A stretch of 64,000 bases of DNA, taken from positions 310,001 to 374,000 of the forward strand of contig JABVCE010000027.1 of assembly GCA_014905635.1 (NCBI GenBank), in the 5' to 3' direction. Within the stretch, counting starts at the first letter, position 1. Each line of letters begins with the position of its first letter. Origin of the DNA: Scenedesmus sp. PABB004 (lineage: Eukaryota). Both the position numbers and the translations under genes were made by a program. The notes beneath the pieces are model-generated. The model was not told the origin of the DNA. It saw only the letters and a program-made list of their open reading frames with translations, and did not search any database. Shown one piece after another: positions 12,501-22,880 of this stretch.

Positions 12501-13562
12501 CTACGGCATCCACCCCGGCCGCCCGGGGCTGAGCCGGCCTGAGTTCATGGCGGCGATGCAGATGCTCAGGTGCGGGGGCGTTGAGAGGGGGGCGCGGCGG
12601 CGGCGGGGCGGCGTGACGCAGGGCCGCGCCGGCCCGCGCGCGCCGCGCGCGCTGAGGTCCGGCCCGGCCGCCCGCAGCGAGCGCCGCGCGGCGTGGGCGG
12701 CGGCGCTCGACGCGGGCGCGCAGGAGCGCGTCGAGGTGGCGCGCCTCGGCCTGCTGCTGCACACCTACACGGCCAGCCAGGAGGTGCTGGCGGCGCAGCC
12801 AGAGGGGCCCGACGGCAAGCGCCGCCTGCCGGGGCCGCCGCCCGCGCCCGCGCTCGCGTCAGCGGTGCGCCCGCCGGCGTCCATGCTGCCGACCGGCCCG
12901 CCGGCGGTGCGCGTGGCCGGCGGCGGCGGTGGTGGCGCTGTCAGGTGCGCCGCCGCCGGCGCTGCTCGGCCCGGGGGTCGCCGCCGCCGCGGGCCCGCGC
13001 GGGCGCGCGCCAGCTGACCGCCTGCCGCCGCCGCCCGCCGCGCAGGCCCGCCGGCCCGCTGGCCGCCAGCTTCAGCGCGCCGCATGCCACGAGCACGCGC
13101 TACGCGCAGCCCGCGGCGGCGGCCGCGTCGGACAGCGAGGACGGCGGCAGTCCGACGCACCACGCGCGGGCGGGCGGGCGGGCGGGACCCCGCGGCGCCG
13201 CGCCGGCGGCGGGCTCGGCGCGCGCCAGCCCCGGCGCGAGCCCCCGGCAGCACGGCGGCGGCGCCGACGCGCTCGCGGCGGCGGTGAGCGCGGGCGGCGC
13301 GTTCTCGCCCCTCGCCGCGGCGCTGCACGCCAAGCGGTCCGCCTCGCCGACGGGCGCCTCCTCGCGCGCCGACAGCCTCAGCCCGGGGCCCAGCGCCAGC
13401 CGCCTCGGCCCCGGCGGCGGCTCGGCGCAGCCGGCCACCGCTGGGCCGCAGCCGCGCAGCGCTCCCGCGGCCGGCCGCGCCGGCGCCGGCGCGCGCGGCG
13501 CGGGCGGCGCGGCGGCGCTGCAGAACCTGGGCGCGAGCTTCGACGAGAGCGACTTCTTCTGA
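9509..13562 (+). CDS. DZIP1: DZIP1/Iguana-like coiled-coil protein (Dzip-like N-terminal domain)
   Basis: YAPFKFEARRQRIDWRLLTGVDVNRL|VRDTDLDALERLVPSITWGDIEAED..FVKAFRLAQLLLEYLLYVQDSL, followed by coiled-coil exons; ends ASFDESDFF* at 13562. Confidence 0.75.
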
Positions 13563-13679
13563 GCGGGCCGAGGGGGCGGCCGAGGGGCGGGCGAGGGTGC
13601 CGGCAGCGGCGGGGTTGCTCCTCGCAAGCGTGCAACTGATGGGACCGCGCTGCGCAGCCGACCGCGCGCGTCACGCGCC

Positions 13680-14094
13680 TCACGCGCCGCCCGCCTCGCC
13701 GCGGCGGCCTCGCTCACGCCGGCGCCGGGCGCGGCCGCCTCCAGCTCGTCCCGCCGCGCCCCGAGCTTGGCCTCGTTGTCGTTCTGCTGCTCGAGCAGCG
13801 CCGGGGGGTCGCGGCCGAGCGGGTCGCCCGCCAGCTCCGGGGGCACCGGCACGGCGCGCTCGGGGGCGGGCTCGCCCTCGTCCGGCGTCATCGCGACCCA
13901 GGCGTTGGAGGAGGGGGGCTCGCGCTGCGAGCACAGGTGGCGGCGCGCGGCGGCGCGGCGGCGCAGCGGTCGCAGCGGCGGCCGGGGCGGCGGCGCATGC
14001 GCGCCTCGGCGTCGGCGGCGGTGCCCTCGCTCTGCGCGCGGCCGCTGCGGGCGCTCTTGGTCGCCGGCGCGGCTGCGGTCGTTTGTCCGGACAT
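13680..14094 (-). CDS. Small hypothetical protein (3' end uncertain)
   Basis: MSGQTTAAAPATKSARSGRAQSEGTAADAE, a putative GC-AG intron, then REPPSSNAWVAMTPDEGEPAPERAVPVPPELAGDPLGRDPPALLEQQNDNEAKLG with coding-like GC3. Confidence 0.4.
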
Positions 14095-14479
14095 GGTGAC
14101 GGCGGCGGCGGGCGCGGCAGCAGCGGCGCGACAACTGCGCGGGACTGGGCGCAGCAGGGGCGGGCCGCGTGCCGCAGCGTGTGCGTGCTCCGGGGCGCGG
14201 CGCGGCTGCGGCAGCGGCGCCGTTAAACGCGCGGGGCTCAGGGTCCCGCTGACACAACACACCATCCCTCGCGCGCTCCCCGCCCGTCACAGTCAGGCGG
14301 CCCCCCGCGGCGCGCCGTGCTGGCCAGCAAAACCAATCGCGTCAGTGTCGTCAGCCGTAGTCGTCGGTCGTCGTCGCCCCCTGGGTCAGTCGTCTCACCT
14401 CGCCATGCACTCGCCCACCAATCGTTCGCACGCGCGCGGCGCACCGTGCCGCCGCGTCGCCGCGCGGCCGCGGGGCCTC

Positions 14480-14956
14480 TCACGTGCTCTTGCGCAGCGG
14501 CTCGTACTGGTACACCCAGCCCCAGGGCGTCGCCTCGCTCACGGGCTTTATGGAGTAGCTGCGCGCGCGCGGCGCGGCGAGAGAGAGCGAGAAAGAGAGG
14601 GAGAGACGAGAGCGGGCGGAGGGGCGTCGGCGAGGATGGCAAAACAAACAAAAAACACACACACCGGCGGCGGTTCGGGGCGCGGCGGCGGCGGCGCGGG
14701 CACGGGCACACGCAGCCGCTCAGGACACAGCCGCCGCCGCGGCCGCGGCCGCCCCTGCCGCCGCCGCACCGGTCCTGGTTGGCCATGTTCTCGCACGCGA
14801 CCGCGAGGCAGCTCGCGAGCGCCGACGCGAGCTTCGCGCACGTCTCGGGGCGCAGCCCGCCCATGGCGCTCACGAGCGCGTCGTGTGCTCGGTACCTGCA
14901 AGGGGGTGCCGGCGGTGGGAGCGGCGGCGCGTGCGTGCGTGTGTTTGTGTGCGTGC

Positions 14957-14987
<31 letters not shown>

Positions 14988-16616
14988 TGGCCGCGGGCAG
15001 GCTGGCAGCGCGGTGCGCGCGGCGCGGTGTGCGCGCGCACCGGCTTTGGTCGTCGCCGCCGGGCACGCGCGTGCTGCGGCCGCGGCAGGTCGTCGCGGAG
15101 GCCACGATCTGCGTCGTGCACCGCGTCACGACGGCGTCGAAACCCGGCACGCCCTCCGCGATCTGACGCGGCGGCGGCGGCGGCGGTGCGGGCGCGGGCG
15201 GGCGGGATGGCGGGCGCTCAGGCGCGGCGGGCGGGGCGGGGCGGGGCGGCCGTGCTGCGGAGCCGTGCAGTGCGGCGGCGCTCTGCGAGGCGCGGCGCAC
15301 ACAGCACGCGCGCACCTGCACCCACTCCAGCGCGTCGAGCCGATAGCTGTCATGGATGCCGGGGACGCCAAACGTGTTGCTGGCAGGGCGGGCGAACGGG
15401 CGGGCAAGGCGGCGGCGGCAGGGCGTGTGGGCGGCAATCCGGCAGGGGGGCCAGGGGCGTGCGCCAGGGGCCGGCGGCGGCGCGGGGGTCGGCAAGCCCC
15501 GGCCGGGCGCGCTCGGCGCGTGCGCGTGCGGTGGACGCGGGTGGGGGGGGGGCGCTCACCGCGGGTCGAGCAGCACATCCTTGCAGTAAGGCAGCAGGCC
15601 CTGGCAGGGGGGGGGACGGTGTGTGTGTGTGTGTGTGTGGGGTGGGGAGGTGTGGGGCGGCGCGGCGTCGGCTGCCGCTCGCCCGCGCCACACAGCCGCG
15701 CGAGCGCGCCCGTCCCCCTCCCGTCCCCTGCCCCCCAACCACACGCACACACGCACACCCACACACCCAGCCACACCCAGCCACAGCCACGCACCGCGAT
15801 GTTGTACTTGTCCGCCAGCGTGACGAGGGGCCGGATGGCGCAGGTGGTGATGAGCCCCGCGGGGCTGCGCCCGCACGTGGGGTCGAGCGGGTGTATCAGG
15901 CACAGCGCGACCTTCCACGCCTCCACCTCCTTGTGGCACCCCACCAGCACGGGCAGCTCCGGCAGCACCGCGCCCGGGGGCGCGGCGTCCCAGAGCGGCG
16001 GCGCGGGCGCGGGGCTGCTGCACCCCGGCGGCGCGCCGCCGTCGGGCGGCGGCGCCGCCGCCGGCGCCGCGAGGCCGCTGCCCGTGCCCAGCCCCGCGCC
16101 GCCGTACGCGACGAGGCAGCCGGCGCTGCCGCTGTGCGAGAGCCCCGCGCCGTGGCCGCCGCTCGGCGGCTCGGGCGGCGCGGCAGCGCCGCCGGTCGCC
16201 GAGAGGCTCAGGCACTCGAGCGCGTTGCGCAGCACGGGCGACCACGCCGCCAGCAGCGCGCGCACGGCGCGCAGGCGGCAGATGGTGTGCCCCTTGCCGT
16301 CGCGCAGCGCCAGCACGACGTCGGGCACGCAGCCTGCGGCGCGCGGAGCAGCAGCGGCGCGTGCGGCGTCGGGCGCGGCGCCGCCGAGAGCGCCCGTGCC
16401 GGCCATGCGGCGCCGCATTCGGGACCGGGCCGTGCTGGCCAGCGTGATGGGCGGCTGCCGCGCAGGTCTCGACGCGCCAGCGCGCGCCGACGAGATGGAG
16501 AACGCGCGCCCCAGCCTGGGTCGCCCCGGCCGAGCGCGCGCGTGCACCACGCTGCCTGGCAGCGGCGCGCCTTTGGCGTAGAGGTGCGAGGGATCTCCCA
16601 GGCCCCCGTCGTCCAT
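14480..16616 (-). CDS. BTB/POZ-domain protein
   Basis: PDVVLAL..LRAVRALLAAWSPVLRNAL..AWKVALCLIHP..IRPLVTLADKYNIA|GLLPYCKDVL is a typical BTB pattern. The last exon ends WGWVYQYEPLRKST*. Confidence 0.7.
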
Positions 16617-17070
16617 GGCGCGGGCGCGCGCGAGCGAGAACGGGCGCGCGTTCGCTGCCGCGCGCGCTCAGCTCGGCAGCAGCGGGCCTCGTGGGGCGGT
16701 GACGACGTTCAGAGCGCCGAGGGGAGTGTGACGCGTGGCGCGGGGGCTCGGAACGCGCGCCGCGGGCGGAGCAGCAAACCCTCGCGCTGTGCGAGCTCGT
16801 TTTCGGTCGCCCCCGACCGCGTTGCGATCGCTGCTCCACACGTCACGCGACAAGCCTGCGCGCAGCTTGCGAGGCGCCCGCAGCAGCAGCAGCAGCAGCA
16901 GCCGGCGCCGCCGCCGCGCTGCGCGCCGCGCCGCGTCGTGCCAGACGCACAGCCGCCCTCTCTGCCCCCCGCGGCAGCCGGCGCCAGCCGCCGCCGGCGC
17001 CAGCCGCCGGCCGCCGCTCGGCAGCAGCAGCGAGCGCGGCGGCCGCGGCGGCCGCCGCCCGCGCCGCGCC

Positions 17071-19438
17071 ATGACGGTGCCGGCGAGCGCGCAGGAAGCG
17101 CGGTCCTTGGGCGAGGCGCTGGTCGCCGACCCCGTGGGCGCGGCCAACAACGCGGCGGCGCTGCTGGCGGCGCTGCGCGCCGAGCCGCCCGACGAGGTGC
17201 GCCGCAGCGGCTGGCAGCCTGCGCGCCGCGGCGGCTGCGTGCGCCGGGCGCGCCGCCCACGACCCCCCGCGCCGCCCGCGCCGCGCCGCCGGGCGTGGCA
17301 GCCCGTCGTGCGCGCGGCGATCCAGGGCCTGAAGCTCTTCTTCGTTGCGCAGCACGACGACGGCGCCGTCGGCGGCTACGACAGCGCCGGCGCGCGCGCC
17401 GCCAAGCGACAGAAGGTGCGGCGCGGCCCGCCGCCCCCGACGGCCGCCGCGCGCAGCGCGGCGCGGCGCGCCTCACGCCGCCGCCGCCGCCGCCGCTGCA
17501 GCTGGGCGGCCCCGCCGCGCAGGCAGCGGAGCAGCAGCAGGCGGAGCAGCAGCCCGACCCGCAGGCGGTCTTTGCCGCCTGGCTGGGCCGGCAGTACGCG
17601 GCGTTTGTGGAGCAGCTGCTGCGCCTGCTCGGACGCGCGTCGGCGTCGGTGCAGGTCGCGGCGCTGTCGGCGGCCATGGAGTGCGCGCGGCACGAGGCCG
17701 GCCCCGCGACCTTCAGCGCCCGGCTCTACGCGCGCGTGCTGCTCGCGCTGCTCACCGGCGCCGACGTGCAGCCCGAGGTGCGCCGCCCCGTCGCCGCGCG
17801 CACGTGACCTGCGCGCCGCGCCGCGCCGCGCCGCGTCGCGCCCGCCCGCCCACGCGCGGCCGCCGCGGCCCGCCGCCGCCGCGCGCGCTCGGCGGCCAGG
17901 CGCTGTCGCTGCTGGCGAGCCGCTATCTGCCCTGCCTGGACGTGCGCTACCACACGCTGCGCACGGTCGAGCGCCTCGCGACGCGCCACGCGGTGCGCGG
18001 CGCGCCTGCGCCCGCCGGCGGCGGCGGCGGCGACGCGGAGGCCAGCAGCAGCGACGACGAGGACGAAGACGACGCCGGCGCCGGCGGGAAGGCCTCGGCC
18101 GACCTGGCGCGGGCCATGTTTGACGTGCTGAGCTACGTGGCGCCGCTGGTGCCGCCGCCGCCGGAGCCAAAGGAGCCGCGCGGCAAGGGCGCGGCGGCGG
18201 CGCCGGCGGCGGCGGCGGCCGCGGCGGCGGCGGCGGCCGCGGCGGCGCAGCAGCAGGCGGAGCTGAGCTCGTGGTGTGGCGCGCTCGAGGCGGGGCTCGT
18301 CAGCGCGGCCGCCGACGCCGCGGCGTCGGCCAAGGCGCGGCGCAAGCGCAAGGCCGCCTCGGCGGCGTCGGAGGCCGCCGGCGCCGGCGCGCGGGGCGTG
18401 GCGTGGGCCAACCTGCGCGTGCAGCAGCGCGCGTACGGCAACGCGTGGCTGGCGCTGCTGCGCACCGACGTGCCGCGCGACGTGCACAGAAAGGTGCGGC
18501 CGGCGCGCCCGCGCCCGCTGTCCCGACCCCTCCGCTCTTTGCCCGGCGAGGGGCGGCGCGCGCCTCACACCCCCGCCCCCGCCGCCCGCCCGCGCCCCTC
18601 CCTCCCCGTCCCCGTCCCCGTCCCGCGCCCTCCCCGCCCCGCAGGTGCTGCTGAAGCTGCACGCCGACGTGCTGCCCGCGATGACGGCGCCGCTGCTGCT
18701 GTCCGACTTTCTGACCTCCGCGCTCGACGCCGGCGGCTACGAGGGCATGCTCGCGCTGCACGCCCTCTTCACGCTCGTCACGCGGCACGGCCTCGAGTAC
18801 CCCGCCTTTTACGCCCGCCTCTACGGCCTCCTCACGCCCGCCGCGCTCACGCACAGGCACCGGTGCGGCGGCGCGCCCGCGCGGCGCGGCCGGCGGCGCG
18901 CCGGGTGGCGCGCCGGGCGGCGGGCGGCGCGCCCTGCGCCCGCCACGCCGACCCGCCCTCGCCCTTGCCCTTGCCCTTGCCCTTGCCCTTGCCCCTGCCC
19001 CTGCCCTTGCCCTGCCCTTGCCCTTGCCCTAAACCCTACCTGCCCTTGCCCTGCCCTGCCCCGCCGGCCGCGCAGGGTGCGGTTCTTCCAGCTGGCCGAC
19101 GTCTTCCTCGCCTCCTCAATGGTCCCCGCATACACCGCCGCCGCGTTTGCAAAGCGCCTCGCCCGCCTCGCGCTCACGGTGCGGCCGCGCGCGCGCGCGC
19201 GCGCGCCCGCGCCCCGGGCCGCACGCAGCGTGCCCCCCGCCTGTGCCCCGCCGGGCGTCGCCGCCTCACGCCGCCCGCCGCGCCGCGCCCGTCCCCGCGC
19301 GCGCAGGCGCCGCCGGCGGGCGCGATGCTGGCGCTGGGGTTTGTGCACAACATCATCCGCCGCCACCCCGCCTGCATGGTCCTGCTGCACCGCCCGCCGC
19401 CGTCGGCGCTCGCCGGCGACGGCGGCGGCGCCGCGCCC

Positions 19439-19472
<34 letters not shown>

Positions 19473-19966
19473 CGGGCGCGGCGGCGGCGGCGGCGGCGGG
19501 CGACGTGTATGATGCGGACGAGCCCGACCCCGCCAAGAGCCGCGCCGTGGAGAGCAGCCTGTGGGAGGTCGCGGCCCTGCGCGCGCACTACGCGCCGCAG
19601 GTGGGGCCGGGGCGGGGGGCGCAGGGAGCCGCGCTGGCCGCGCCGGCGCGCAGCGGGTTGCGCCGCGGAGCGCCGCAAGCCCCGCTGAGGCGGCCGCCGC
19701 CGCGGCGCGCGCAGGTGGCCAACATGTGCGCCGTGCTGGACAAGGACCTGGCGGACCGGCTGCGCACGAGCGAGCTGGACGTGTCGCCGCTGCTGCCCGC
19801 GAGCTACGCGACGCTGCTGGGCGGCGAGCTGTCGCGCAAGCTGCGCAAGGGCGTGCCTGTCGCCTTCTACGCCACGCCCCCGGCGGGGCTCTGGGACGCG
19901 GCGCAGCTCGGGGGCGACCTCGCCGGCTGGGACCTCGGCGCGCCACCGGGCGCGGGCGCCGAGTGA
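17071..19966 (+). CDS. NOC4: Nucleolar complex protein 4 (CBF/Mak21 family)
   Basis: GLEYPAFYARLYGLL, FFQLADVFLASSMVPAYTAAAFAKRLARLALT, LGFVHNIIRRHPAC, DPAKSRAVESSLWEV. Confidence 0.9.
18961..19060. repeat. (GCCCTT/GCCCCT)n hexamer array with an embedded CCCTAAACCCT, in a NOC4 intron
   Basis: Directly visible; gives the PCPCPC/GQGQ pseudo-peptides. Confidence 0.9.
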
Positions 19967-20130
19967 GCGGGGCGGCGGGCCCGCCGCCGCGGGGCGCGCG
20001 CGCCCGCGGCGAGGGGCGGGCGGTCGCGGCGATTGCGTTGCAACGCGGCCGCAACTCTGCCGACCCCAGCCCGAGCCCCCAGCTGCCGAGCGCGCGCTCC
20101 CCTGGCAGGTCCGGCCGCCGCGGCCGCGGG

Positions 20131-20219
20131 TCAGTGCTTGTGTGCCCACGCGTCGATGATGGCGGCGGCGCCGTAGTCGGTCGCCCGCCACGCGGGCAGC
20201 GCCTTCACCGCCGCCAGGT
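20131..20219 (-). pseudogene. Duplicate of the DHAR terminal coding segment (orphan or alternative last exon)
   Basis: After gcgcag it reads LAAVKALPAWRATDYGAAAIIDAWAHKH*, homologous to the DHAR C-terminus RAALKDLPAWKASDYGMEAIVKGWARHMAA*. Confidence 0.65.
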
Positions 20220-20752
20220 CTGCGCGCGCGCGCGCGCGGCGGCGAGCCTCAGGGCGCGCCGCGCGCGCTGCGGGCCGCTCCGGCAGGCAGCGCGCGCAGC
20301 GCGCGCACAGCGAGCCGCGCCGGCAGGCAGCGCGCGCGGCGTGGTGCGACGGCGCGCGCAGGGCGGCGGCGCAGCGGCAGGGGCGGCGGGCGCGCCGCGA
20401 GCAGAGCCATGCGAGGGTCGGCGCGGGGCGTGTGTCGGGTGGGCTGCGGCTGGACCAGGGAGCGGTGGTGCCGTCGCGGCGGGCCGTCGCGACGTGGCGG
20501 CGCAACCGCGTGCGTTGCAAACTGTTTGCACGTGCTGCCCGCCCGCCCCGGGGACAGGCGTCCCCCTGCCAGGCGCTCTCCTGCATGCTGCTCCCTGTGC
20601 TGATGCGACCGGCGCCCCGCGCGCCCCAACGCCTGCCTGCCTGCGCTGCGTGCTACGCGCGCCCAGCCCCCCGGCGGCCCTCGCGGCCGCCGCCGGGCGG
20701 CGCGCGCTCAACGTCTGAGTGAGCGGCCATGCTCGTCACGCGGCCATGCGCG

Positions 20753-22646
20753 TCACGCGGCCATGTGGCGCGCCCAGCCCTTGACGATCGCCTCCATGCC
20801 ATAGTCGCTCGCCTTCCACGCGGGCAGGTCCTTCAGCGCCGCGCGGTAGCGCGCCACCGCGGGGTACTTGGCCTCGTCGAGCTTGAGGCCCTTGAAGTGC
20901 CCCAGCGCGGTCAGCGCGTGGTACCTGCCCCGCGGCGGCGGCGGCGGCGCGGCGGCCGCGTGAGCGAGGCGCGCGCGGCCGGTCGTTCGCGCGTGCGCCG
21001 TCCTCGAGCGCTCGTGGGTGTCGCAGCAGATGAGCGACCTGGCGGATGAGCGCTCAGCGCCCGCTGCTGCTCCCCTGCCCGGTGCCACCGGGAGAGTGCT
21101 GCAACGCGGTTGACCGCGCATGGCCGCGACCGTGCCCCCCTGCAGTGTGTGGCTGGGTCCTTTGTATGACTTACTCGGGACGCAGCCACGCGCGTGGCTG
21201 GGTCCCTTGTAAGACTTACAAGGGACCCAGCGACACACTGCAGGGAGGCACGGTCGCGGCCATGCGCGGTCAACCGCGCTGCAGCACTCTCCCGGTGACG
21301 CCGCTGCTGCGCGCGCGCACAAGCCCATCAGGTCCATTCCTGGCTAGCCGGGCCTGATGGACCTGATGGGCTTGAGCGCGCGCGCAGCAGCGGTGTCACC
21401 GGGAGAGGATATGGAGGCCTGACCTCCATCGGGCAACAGCCCCCATCTGTGCTGACATGGGCGCCCCCCGTGCGGCGGGCGCGGCGGTGTGTGGTGCTCA
21501 CATCTTGGGCGCCATCGCCGCGTCGGTGGCGTCCAGGTGGTCGCCGCCGAAGAAGGGGCCGTGCGCGGACAGGTACGCCTCGACTGCGCGGCCCGCGTGG
21601 TTGATGGGCGGGGGCGGGCGCGGCGCGGCGCGCGTCGGGGGCGAGCAGGGCGCGGCGTGGCGCGGGGCGTCGGTCGCCGCGTGGCGCGCGGGGGCGGCGG
21701 CGCGCGGCGCGCGGCCGCGGGGGGGCGCACTCTTGCCGAGCTCCGCGCCAAACGCGGCCTGCTTCTCCGCCGCCTCCTCGGGCTTGGCCATCAGCAGGCC
21801 GCGGAACGCGCCGAAGAAGCCGCCGGTCACGTCTGAGCGCGCGGCAGTCTCGTGTCGGCGGCGGCACCGGCCAGGTGCAGCGCGGCGCTGCGCGCACCCA
21901 CACCCACACCCACACACCCACCCACACCCGGACCCACACCACCCAAACACACGCGCGCACCCGCGGGCACGCTGGTCGCCATGCTCGGCTCGGGGTGCTG
22001 CTGCTCCAGCATCGCCACGATCGCGTCGCTGTCGGGCAGCCAGTCGTCGCCGCCGGCCGAGATGACGGGCACCTTGCCGCCAGACTTCTCCACCAGCCTG
22101 GCGGGCGCGGCGGCGCGGGGGTCGTCGGCGGCGCGGGCCGCGGCGGCAGGCCCGCCGCGCTGCCGCTGGCGCCGCTGGCGCTGCTGCCGGCGCACCACTG
22201 CGGCTTGTGGTCAAAGTCGATGTACTCCTTCTCGTACGGCAGGCCCTTGGTCTCCAGCGTAAGCAGCACGCGGTGGCAGAAGGGGCAGTCGCCCAGCGTC
22301 TGCGTCGCGGGGTCGCCTGCGCGCGGCGGCGGGTGCGTGGGTGGTTTGGGCGGTTGCGCGCCCGCTGCGCGCGCCGCGGGCGCCGAGCCGCGGCGCTGCG
22401 CGGCGCGTCGGGAGGCGGGGAGGGCGGGCGCGCAGCCGGGGGCCGGGCCGGGTCCGCGCCGCGCTGGCGGCGGCGCGCGGCGCCCGGCAGCGCCGGCTCG
22501 CTGCTGCGCGGCGCCGCCGCCCTTTTTTGGCGCGCACCCTTCACGGCCACCTTGTAGACCATGGTACTCACGGGGCTGCGCACGGGGCGCGCCGCGGGGC
22601 GGTTGGAGAAGGCGCGGGCGCTGCGGGCGGGCGCGGGAGCCTGCAT
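20753..22646 (-). CDS. DHAR: Dehydroascorbate reductase (GST-family DHAR) with a possible transit peptide
   Basis: MQAPAPARSARAFSNR..MVYKVAVKG|DPATQTLGDCPFCHRVLLTLETKGLPY..KPQW|..GKVPVI..WLPDSDAI..GPFFGGDHLDATDAAMAPKM|YHALTALGHFKG. CPFC active site present. Confidence 0.92.
21086..21407. repeat. Intronic fold-back element: 212-bp near-perfect palindrome (21086-21297) plus a 121-nt hairpin (21287-21407); candidate small-RNA precursor or MITE-like insertion
   Basis: Arms checked base by base. It lies in the 577-nt DHAR intron 20925-21501. The repeat is certain; its function is not. Confidence 0.9.
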
Positions 22647-22880
22647 CGCGGGCGCTGCCGGCGCGTGGGGGCGGCCTGGCGGGCGGTGCGGGCGCGGGGC
22701 TTGCGGCGCCGGGAGCGCACGTGCGAATCGATGGGCGGGGTCGCGATCCGGGCGCGGGGACCGGCGCGTGAAGCACGAATAACGCCCACACCTCGCGTTC
22801 AGGTTTCGCGTGCCGCCGGCAGGCCCGCCGCCGCGCCGCCGCGCCGGCCGCTCACGCGCAGCCCGGGCACCACGGCGGCG

